Shown here piece after piece: positions 56,866 through 64,000 of a stretch of 64,000 bases of DNA (position 1 is the stretch's first letter; the number at the start of each line of letters is the position of its first letter). The stretch comes from Candidatus Heimdallarchaeota archaeon (GTDB lineage Archaea; Asgardarchaeota; Heimdallarchaeia; Heimdallarchaeales; Heimdallarchaeaceae). The stretch is from positions 45,433-109,432 of the forward strand of contig JAUVXV010000013.1 of assembly GCA_030603365.1 (NCBI GenBank), written 5' to 3'. The position numbers were made by a program, and so were the translations under genes. The notes below the pieces were generated by a model. That model worked only from the letters and a program-made list of their open reading frames with translations, was not told the origin of the DNA and made no database searches.

Positions 56866-58347
56866 TTATTTTTCCAAACTGATTTTATTGAAGACTCCTG
56901 TCTTTTTATGGTATACATCTAAATCCATTTTGACTTGTCTTAGTTTCTTTCCATGCAGAGGATAGAAATACAATGCTATGAAAGCTAAGGCAATAAAAAC
57001 CAGTGGTAAAATACCTGTCCCTAATCGGAACCCAAAAACAACACTCGATTCGGTACCAAATCGAGTAATCAATTCAGAAAGTCTAGATGTATCAGCGAAA
57101 TTCAATTTATCTAGTCTAAAAGAACCATATCCGTAGAATCCAGTAATCGCTGTGAAAGCAAAAATAATGAGAGAAGAAGCTGGTTTCGTAACTAAAGCAT
57201 TTGTTCCAAAATACATTCCTTCTCTACGTCTTTTTGTCTTGAGTTCATCTTCATCTGCAATATCACCAATCATAGGATTTACAAGAAGCCACCAAAGTGA
57301 AGACATCCATAAACAGAAACCATAGGAAATAGTCATAAGAACCATAGACTTGAAGAAGAATAACCCCAAATATCCTAACACCATCAGTACCAAAGCTATG
57401 AAGAACGTATTTCTTAAGCCAAATCTTTTCTGAAGTTTCTCATATGTAAACAATAATGGAATATACAACACTCCTGTTACTGCGCTAACGATTAATACTT
57501 GCGTTGAATCAAGAGCAAATACAAAATCGAAGTAGAATGGCATGACTGCAATTAAATTGAGATTCACCGCATTCATCATAAAAGCGAAAATAACATAGAA
57601 GATAAATGATTTTGACTTAAAGGTCTCTTTGATAGCTTTGAATATTGGTAAGGGTTCTATTCCTTCCACTTCAAGCGAGTGTTCTTTTAGTTTCCATGCT
57701 CCAAAAGCCATGAAGACTGCAGCTACTACACCACCTGCAATAAAAATCAAGGCAATGATTGAATCTTTACCTGATAATAATACTTCTGAAGTTAACACCA
57801 AATTGGGAACAAAGGATGCTATACCTAGTGGTACGAAACTAATTACCATTGCAATTAGGATTATTCTAGTACGCTCATTAGTGTTTGTAGTTTGATCAGT
57901 TTGAAGAGCACTCAGATTTAAACCAGCTATTGTTAAACCAGTATCGAAAATGAATAGAGAAAACAATAGGAATATGAAGAGACCAATTTGCGAATCAATA
58001 GGAAAAGCTAACCACAACATCACGTATCCAATGAAGTATATTGGAGTAGAACGACGAATGAAGAAGGTTCTCTTTCCTCTTTTATCAAGTTTCTTCTTGT
58101 CAGACCAATAACCAAATACTGGGTCATTAATAGCATTCCAAACAGCAAAGATGATCATAACAAAACCATAGTTTATAGGATTCATATCAAGAACTTTAAC
58201 ATAAAAACCGAATAAAGCTCCAGCATAAAAAAGACTGAACATATCGGTTCCAGTTTTTGTAAGACCCATATAGATTCGTTGTCGAGAGGAGACTCTTTGA
58301 TCAGTTATATCCAAATTGTCTGTACCACTTGGATTGTTGTTGCTCAT
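56866..58347 (-). CDS. MFS-type (GPH-like) transporter
   Basis: Twelve hydrophobic segments, about 490 aa. Confidence 0.5.
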   Translation of the reverse strand: MSNNNPSGTDNLDITDQRVSSRQRIYMGLTKTGTDMFSLFYAGALFGFYVKVLDMNPINYGFVMIIFAVWNAINDPVFGYWSDKKKLDKRGKRTFFIRRSTPIYFIGYVMLWLAFPIDSQIGLFIFLLFSLFIFDTGLTIAGLNLSALQTDQTTNTNERTRIILIAMVISFVPLGIASFVPNLVLTSEVLLSGKDSIIALIFIAGGVVAAVFMAFGAWKLKEHSLEVEGIEPLPIFKAIKETFKSKSFIFYVIFAFMMNAVNLNLIAVMPFYFDFVFALDSTQVLIVSAVTGVLYIPLLFTYEKLQKRFGLRNTFFIALVLMVLGYLGLFFFKSMVLMTISYGFCLWMSSLWWLLVNPMIGDIADEDELKTKRRREGMYFGTNALVTKPASSLIIFAFTAITGFYGYGSFRLDKLNFADTSRLSELITRFGTESSVVFGFRLGTGILPLVFIALAFIALYFYPLHGKKLRQVKMDLDVYHKKTGVFNKISLEK

Positions 58348-58557
58348 GTCCTTACCTTTCCATAGGTTAATTGTCTATATATATCAATTTTACCTACAGA
58401 AATGAGCATTGTATCTAGAAGAAAAACAATCAATTTATGATTCATTATTCCCTTGTTAACCGGATAACTGATTGTGAAAGGATGGTGAAATCTTCTAAAA
58501 CAAATAAACTTATAAGAATCCTTTCGATATGTGGTTTGCTTATACAGGATGATTCTG

Positions 58558-59001
58558 ATGCCAGATATTCTTTCTTCTGAAAAATCGGAAATTAGAGCCA
58601 TAGCTCAAAAATATGCTCAATCGCTATGGACAATTCCATTTGATAAAGGGATTGTTGCATATGTTAAAACGAACAATAAATTATTCATTCATCCTGCTCG
58701 GTGGAGATTTTGTTTTAAATGTGGGATGATACTGAAAACAAGTCTCAGTAAAAAAGTAGATACTGAGGATGAAACAAAGGATCACTCATGCATTTTGGAG
58801 TTTGAAGAGGTTCCATTATTGATTAAGACTTCATGGTTTCAATTGAGAAAATTTTTCTTAATAGAACAAACACATAAAAAAATCTTACAGGAAATTGGGC
58901 TATCAGAACTTCCTAAACCAGTCATTATTACTAAACTACATGATAAGCAAGAAATAGCTGAAACAGAGACCCCAGAAACTGTTGCTGAAGAATCTTTGTG
59001 A
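58558..59001 (+). CDS. C2HC zinc-ribbon small protein, family member E
   Basis: FIHPARWRFCFKCG...HSC...VPLLIKTSWFQLRKFF. ATG 58558 with SD AGGATGA. Confidence 0.6.
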   Translation: MPDILSSEKSEIRAIAQKYAQSLWTIPFDKGIVAYVKTNNKLFIHPARWRFCFKCGMILKTSLSKKVDTEDETKDHSCILEFEEVPLLIKTSWFQLRKFFLIEQTHKKILQEIGLSELPKPVIITKLHDKQEIAETETPETVAEESL

Positions 59002-59061
59002 TTACTATTAATTCTTAGTCACCTTTACTTAGTTCTACACAATACTTATATGTAGCAATAT

Positions 59062-59091
59062 TGTAACATAATATGTGACAAATATGTTACA
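59062..59091 (+). promoter_or_regulatory. three TGTNACA palindromes (TGTAACA, TGTGACA, TGTTACA) phased 11-12 bp apart, ending 15 nt before ATG 59106
   Basis: Read directly. The related TAATATGTTACAAATA sits at 45354..45369 upstream of family member C, and ATATGTGATACATA at 41092..41105 sits 27-40 bp upstream of the start of family member A. Confidence 0.5.
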
Positions 59092-59105
59092 TGTAGGCTG
59101 AGTAG

Positions 59106-60422
59106 ATGAAGAAAAAAAACATAATGAAGATAATTATGGTGTCCTTTTTAATTCTGTTTCTGGCTTTTTATTGTGATTTGACTTTCAGCACATCTTCAGT
59201 AATAAACAATGGAATCCACCCCATACTTAATGCAGATCCGTTTATTGTTATCGATGATGATTCTGATTTTTCAAGTTATCCAGGTTATGGAAATGAGACA
59301 CACCCCTATATTATTGAAGGGTTCGACATTGAAGCCCAAACCAGTGATGATGTAGGGATTAATATAACTGGAACAACTATGCATTTTGAAATAAGGAATA
59401 ATGATATCACTGCAGCTGTGTTAGTAGAAGGAGGTATCGGAATTTATGTGAGCAATATTGCACCTAATACTGCTAAAATAATCAATAACAGAGTTAGGTC
59501 TTACAGGACTATCATGTATGTTGAAGAAGCAGAAGGAGTAATAATAAAAGATAACACCTGCCGAAGAATAGGAGTAACTGGGATTGATATAGAACATAGC
59601 CCATTTGCTACAGTAGAAAATAATGCATTGTACGAACTTAATCCGCCTGAAACGAAGGGAAGTGAAACGTTTATAGATGCTTTAGATGCCGGTGAACCTG
59701 ATAAATACTTTGCAATATATCTTGAGAATAGTTCAGATAGCAATATTACTGCAAATTATGTTGATTTAGATGCTAATACGGTAATAGCCGGTGCAGGTAT
59801 TGTAGTCTTTAGCTCAGACAGAATCATAATAGAAGATAATATTGTGAGAAATATTAGAATAGACATTGGTACTTACGAATATCTTGAAAAAGGAGGATTA
59901 TATTTAGAAGATGTTTCTTACGCAACCATTTTCAATAATACTGTTGAACAAACTGATAAATGCAATGTTGTCGCTACAACTTGTGATAATCTTGTGATAT
60001 CAAATAATACCTTTGGAGTTAGCCAAAGCTATGGTATAGTTTTTACAACTACAAGTAACTCCAATATCACATATAATGTCATTCAAGACCATCCAAGCTT
60101 TGGAGTTGATATATCTTCAGGATCAGAAAATAATACTATACATCACAATCATTTCATAGATAACAACGATGGAGGTTCACAAGCAAGAGATTCTGGAACA
60201 AATAATATTTGGTGGGATATAAATACTAGTGAAGGAAATTGGTGGAATGATTGGACTGGGGGAAATTATGATATTAGTGGAACTGCTGCTTCTGTTGATC
60301 CTTTCCCACTTGGAGACCCGATAATTGTACCTGAGTTTTCAAAGCAAATTATCGTTTTGTTGTTGCTTATGTCAACATCTATTGCAGTAGTTCCATTTAT
60401 TAGAAAAAGAAAGAATAATTAG
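59106..60422 (+). CDS. parallel beta-helix repeat surface protein with C-terminal TM anchor (paralog 2 of 3)
   Basis: NNxIT/NNRV rungs. C-terminal NWWNDWTGGNYDISGTAASVDPFPLGDP followed by TM plus RKRKNN. Confidence 0.55.
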   Translation: MKKKNIMKIIMVSFLILFLAFYCDLTFSTSSVINNGIHPILNADPFIVIDDDSDFSSYPGYGNETHPYIIEGFDIEAQTSDDVGINITGTTMHFEIRNNDITAAVLVEGGIGIYVSNIAPNTAKIINNRVRSYRTIMYVEEAEGVIIKDNTCRRIGVTGIDIEHSPFATVENNALYELNPPETKGSETFIDALDAGEPDKYFAIYLENSSDSNITANYVDLDANTVIAGAGIVVFSSDRIIIEDNIVRNIRIDIGTYEYLEKGGLYLEDVSYATIFNNTVEQTDKCNVVATTCDNLVISNNTFGVSQSYGIVFTTTSNSNITYNVIQDHPSFGVDISSGSENNTIHHNHFIDNNDGGSQARDSGTNNIWWDINTSEGNWWNDWTGGNYDISGTAASVDPFPLGDPIIVPEFSKQIIVLLLLMSTSIAVVPFIRKRKNN

Positions 60423-60435
60423 ATAGTTTGTCTAA

Positions 60436-60460
60436 TTTTATTCATTTTTTTTTATTTTCC
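60436..60460 (+). terminator. oligo-T terminator after beta-helix paralog 2
   Basis: TTCATTTTTTTTTATTTTCC. Confidence 0.45.
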
Positions 60461-60614
60461 ATGTGTATCTCACTTCAAACTATTATCTTTCTAGAATTTG
60501 CAAGGAGATATTCCTTCAGATTACAGTTTTTCGAGAAAACTTTATTTTAGTAGAAATTCGTATAGTCAGAATTCAATAAATTCAATTTTAAAAAAAGGAA
60601 AAAGTAAGAAACAC

Positions 60615-61799
60615 CTACCTTTTTCGAATTGCATAACTAATAGTACCTATAAATGATATTAACAAGATTATTGAAAGGATACTGATTGGATATTCTGGTA
60701 TAAGTTCAAGATCTACCGGAGAACCAAGTGGGTAGGGATCATAATTTGAAGCAGTACCATCAATATCATAAACTCCTGGACTTACATAGTCACTCCAGTA
60801 GTTTCCTTCATTTATTGCTGAATCATACCATTCACAGTCTCTATGACCTGTAATAAAATCTTCAATAGCTTGTGATGTACCTCCAGCATTGTTTCCAATG
60901 AAGTTGTTATGATGAATAACACATTCATCAGTATTATTGACTATATCAACACCATAATCTCCATTACCTTCAATTTCATTAAATTGTATGCGGGTGTAAT
61001 CAGAAGAAGCTAGGTATATACCTTGCATTCCATTCTCACATATTGAATTATTTTCTATAATTGTATATAGTGAGCTTACTATAACAAATCCAATGTTGCC
61101 ATTACTTGAAATGTCATTATAGACATAGGTATTAGAATTACTCACCTCATTTGATATTCCATGCAATCCGTTATCAATTAAGATATTTCTCTTAAACATA
61201 CCATCATCTGAACCATTATCTACATAAATTCCTTCATCACCATTTTGATAGCAAGTATTATTTTCAATCCACAATGCTGTACATATATCAACTCTAATTC
61301 CAGTATGGAAATTATAGTTACAATTACAATTAATCACTGTTGCTCCATTGCATCTAATCAGATGAATACCAATACCATCTCCAGCAAGTGTATTTACACA
61401 GGTACAGTTGTCTATAGTTACTAAATTTGGTTGTGCATCTATAATTAGTATACAAACATCAATTGCTGTTATCCAACAATCTCTTATTATGAAATTAACA
61501 GTTATTTGACCGCTAGCTGTTCCATTGATTAATATCCCCCACGGACCTCCACTTGTTATGTTATAGTTCTCAATTACATAAGGATCATCAGGAGAACCAA
61601 CTCCTGAAGTAGCGTAATCTGTGAAATTGTCATCATGTGTTATTATTATATCTGGTATCTCAACTAAATCATCAATTGTGATTTGTGCTTTAGAATCGTT
61701 TTGACGAGATAATGTTATCTGTGAATTCAAAATCAAACCTAAACTGAACAGTATCAGGAAGAGCCCAATACCTAATCCCATTTTATTTATCTTTTTCAT
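60615..61799 (-). CDS. parallel beta-helix repeat surface protein with C-terminal TM anchor (paralog 3 of 3)
   Basis: C-terminal NYWSDYVSPGVYDIDGTASNYDPYPLGSP followed by TM plus RKR. Repeated N-x-[CI] rungs. Confidence 0.55.
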   Translation of the reverse strand: MKKINKMGLGIGLFLILFSLGLILNSQITLSRQNDSKAQITIDDLVEIPDIIITHDDNFTDYATSGVGSPDDPYVIENYNITSGGPWGILINGTASGQITVNFIIRDCWITAIDVCILIIDAQPNLVTIDNCTCVNTLAGDGIGIHLIRCNGATVINCNCNYNFHTGIRVDICTALWIENNTCYQNGDEGIYVDNGSDDGMFKRNILIDNGLHGISNEVSNSNTYVYNDISSNGNIGFVIVSSLYTIIENNSICENGMQGIYLASSDYTRIQFNEIEGNGDYGVDIVNNTDECVIHHNNFIGNNAGGTSQAIEDFITGHRDCEWYDSAINEGNYWSDYVSPGVYDIDGTASNYDPYPLGSPVDLELIPEYPISILSIILLISFIGTISYAIRKR

Positions 61800-61906
61800 A
61801 TTATCACCAAGGATTGGCTCTAATATTATAACTATGGAATTTAACTTATATATCTTCCTTGAAAATTCACATTTTGTCGACTAAACCTTTATTTGAGTAA
61901 AATATT

Positions 61907-62116
61907 ATGTTTTCTTTGATACAAATAGGCGCATTACCTAATGCAGTGTATTGTTTTACTCGTGGAGAAAAATTCACTAAAAGTGATCCAGAAGGTTATG
62001 AAGCCTGTCCTTCATGCGGAGAAGGATTCAATGACCTTTCTGAGGTTAAATTAAGATTTTTCTTAAATCTGTTCAATCGAAGTGTTTTAAAGCGCACTCC
62101 ACAAGAACTCTTGTAG
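61907..62116 (+). CDS. questionable small ORF with CxxCG (possible decayed relative of the zinc-ribbon family)
   Basis: YEACPSCGEGF only. The ORF runs into the conserved DEAD-box upstream element. Confidence 0.2.
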   Translation: MFSLIQIGALPNAVYCFTRGEKFTKSDPEGYEACPSCGEGFNDLSEVKLRFFLNLFNRSVLKRTPQELL

Positions 62117-62136
62117 TTGAGGAAGATTAGAAATAA
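62115..62136 (+). promoter_or_regulatory. conserved element AGTTGAGGAAGATTAGAAATAA 125 nt upstream of the DEAD-box paralog 2 start
   Basis: See 46396..46417. Confidence 0.6.
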
Positions 62137-62239
62137 GTAATTATTTTGTTTAAGTTTTTTTCAACGTCCAAATAATTACTTAGAATCAGACCTCAGAAAC
62201 TGATACTTGATTTTAGGTTAGACCATAGAAGTGGTATCA

Positions 62240-63490
62240 ATGAAATTCCAAGATTATAATTTAAACAATCAGATAAAACGCGCATTAGACGAAATGGGGA
62301 TTCATACTCCAACTGAGATTCAGAGCATAGCTATTCCTAAACTCCTTAATGGGGGTAGAACACACGTTCTAGCTCAAGCAAAAACAGGAACAGGAAAAAC
62401 ATTAGCGTTCTCCATCCCTCTTGCTAATCAGATTAACCCTAAACAACAAACCGTTCAGGCTGTTATTTTAGTACCCACTAGAGAATTATGTAAGCAAGTA
62501 TACAGTGTTATTGCAAAATTAACTAAATATAGGAGATTGAAAGCTGTAGAGGTTTATGGCGGTGTCTCTCTCGACCGACAAAGACGAGAGATCAAATCAG
62601 GAGCACAAATTGTTATAGCTACTCCAGGAAGACTTATGGATCTTTACAGAAGAAGAGTAATTTCCTTTAACAATGTGAAATTTGTTGTTCTAGATGAAGC
62701 TGATAGAATGCTTGATATGGGTTTTCTCCCAGATATAAAGTACATTCTCTTTGAAGCAATGAAAGGTGTTTCCCCTCGCTTATTACTTTTTTCAGCAACA
62801 ATGCTTAAGCAGGTTACTAAGGTAGCTCATCAGTTTAGCAATGGTGAAAAACTAGTTGAGATAAATGTAAGTAAAGACGACCTAACAGTAGCGAATTGTA
62901 AGCAGTATTATTATAAAGTCAATAGTAACAAGCAGAAATATTCTACCTTTGTTTCTATACTTAAAAGGGAACGACCTAAATCTTCGATTATCTTTGTTAA
63001 TACGAGGAGATGGGGAGACAAACTAAGAAAACAATTATCACAAGAAAAAAATCTTTATCTAAGATTCAGTACATTGCATGGTGATAAAACACAAAAACAA
63101 AGAGAACTTGTTTTGAGAAATTTCAGACAAAAGAAGATTGATTGTTTGATAGCTACTAATGTTGCAGCAAGAGGACTAGACATCCCACATGTAACACATG
63201 TTTTCAATTTTGATTTGCCAAGAGAAGGACCCGAAATATATGTCCATAGGATAGGAAGAACTTCTAGGATGGAAGGTGAAGGAAAGGCTATTTCCCTTGC
63301 TGTTAATGATCAAATGACCATGCTTCGCAAAATAGAAGATTTAACAAAGAGACCAATACAGAGGCTTTATTTCAGCGATAAACCTAAGAAGAGCAAACAA
63401 TCCAAATCAAAAAAATCCAAGCCAAATCAATCCACAAGCTTTCACGAGAATAAAATGAAGAGCCAACTTACCATACACGCAAGTGATTAA
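62240..63490 (+). CDS. DEAD-box RNA helicase (paralog 2)
   Basis: Same motif set as paralog 1 and about 70 percent identical to it. ATG 62240; the ORF track starts at GTG 62231. Confidence 0.9.
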   Translation: MKFQDYNLNNQIKRALDEMGIHTPTEIQSIAIPKLLNGGRTHVLAQAKTGTGKTLAFSIPLANQINPKQQTVQAVILVPTRELCKQVYSVIAKLTKYRRLKAVEVYGGVSLDRQRREIKSGAQIVIATPGRLMDLYRRRVISFNNVKFVVLDEADRMLDMGFLPDIKYILFEAMKGVSPRLLLFSATMLKQVTKVAHQFSNGEKLVEINVSKDDLTVANCKQYYYKVNSNKQKYSTFVSILKRERPKSSIIFVNTRRWGDKLRKQLSQEKNLYLRFSTLHGDKTQKQRELVLRNFRQKKIDCLIATNVAARGLDIPHVTHVFNFDLPREGPEIYVHRIGRTSRMEGEGKAISLAVNDQMTMLRKIEDLTKRPIQRLYFSDKPKKSKQSKSKKSKPNQSTSFHENKMKSQLTIHASD

Positions 63491-63622
63491 ATTAAGGGTT
63501 ACGAAATAAATAATTACCCAATAATTTTTTGGATTTGCATTCAAAAAAAGAGAGAAAAGAAAAAATTTTTTCTTTATTTCTAATATTATTGTTTTGTAGA
63601 TTACTGTTAAGAAGTTTCCTTG

Positions 63623-63925
63623 TTAATATTCATCGCTTTCTAGAGTGATCACTTCAATACTTTCTCGATCTTCTTGAAGTTTTTTGGAGAGTTCCATATA
63701 TTTTGGATCATCACGAAGTTTCTTGACTGTCTCTTCATAGTGTGTTTTATCCTTGTAAAGAGTCAAGAGATACATCTCGCGGCGGTCTTCAACATTTGTC
63801 CCACCACCTAAAACCTGAACCTCATGTTTCTTGTAGATCTTGTTAAACTCTGAAAAGCTTTCGTCATAACCAACATCAGTAGTCTTGTTTCTTGATTTGT
63901 AAAGTTTGTAATACATGGTTGACAT
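63623..63925 (-). CDS. hypothetical small protein
   Basis: ORF only. Confidence 0.35.
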   Translation of the reverse strand: MSTMYYKLYKSRNKTTDVGYDESFSEFNKIYKKHEVQVLGGGTNVEDRREMYLLTLYKDKTHYEETVKKLRDDPKYMELSKKLQEDRESIEVITLESDEY

Positions 63926-64000
63926 AAGATAAGTAGCTTTTTAAAGAAGAGTTTATTACAAAATAATGAACAATGATACTCATAAATGGAACACATACGT

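Noticed and set aside
1-64000. Search for CRISPR arrays, rRNA and tRNA genes.
   Set aside because: I found no regularly spaced direct repeats of 25-40 nt with unique spacers, no GC-rich structured RNA-like blocks and no tRNA-like T-loop or acceptor patterns. The only periodic repeats are intragenic (14882..15385) or iteron-like (41162..41356).

Overview
AT-rich (about one-third GC by eye), densely coding archaeal chromosomal segment with roughly 65 protein genes on both strands. I recognised no rRNA, tRNA, CRISPR array, integrase or transposase. Gene content points to an Asgard (Loki-like) archaeon, but that is inference only; the evidence is the split FO synthase cofG/cofH, an archaeal class-III-signal pilin, PGF-CTERM-type anchors, Rab/Ras-like small GTPases, TPR proteins with roadblock-like C-termini and EtfAB plus FAD-linked oxidase. 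Many genes use AGGTG Shine-Dalgarno sites and several use GTG/TTG starts. Recognisable blocks: aEF-2 (partial); TRZ/ATZ-type amidohydrolase + RibD-C reductase + cofG + cofH; YprA/MrfA-like helicase with DUF1998; M20 peptidase; MptE + PTPS-III pterin module; NUDIX; EtfA(Fd)-EtfB-FAD oxidase (electron-bifurcating LDH-like); sulfotransferase; M29 aminopeptidase; two paralogous DEAD-box helicases sharing a conserved upstream element; YgeA-like racemase; alpha/beta hydrolase; transporters. There is a large cell-surface complement: an integrin-like FG-GAP + thrombospondin-type-3-repeat protein, three parallel beta-helix paralogs, and two near-identical inverted copies of an apparently circularly permuted family-5 solute-binding protein bracketing about 7 kb. 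The most unusual region is 40.6-46.4 kb, with one outlying copy at 58.6 kb. It holds five paralogs of an unrecognised 125-160 aa C2HC zinc-ribbon protein family interleaved with a micro-gene array: three ~50 aa single-TM peptides and three small coiled-coil Arg-rich proteins that reuse an almost identical AGGTGTAAAAAA-ATG initiation cassette, plus an iteron-like AT-rich repeat array and hairpin-rich non-coding stretches. This looks like an undescribed small-protein system.
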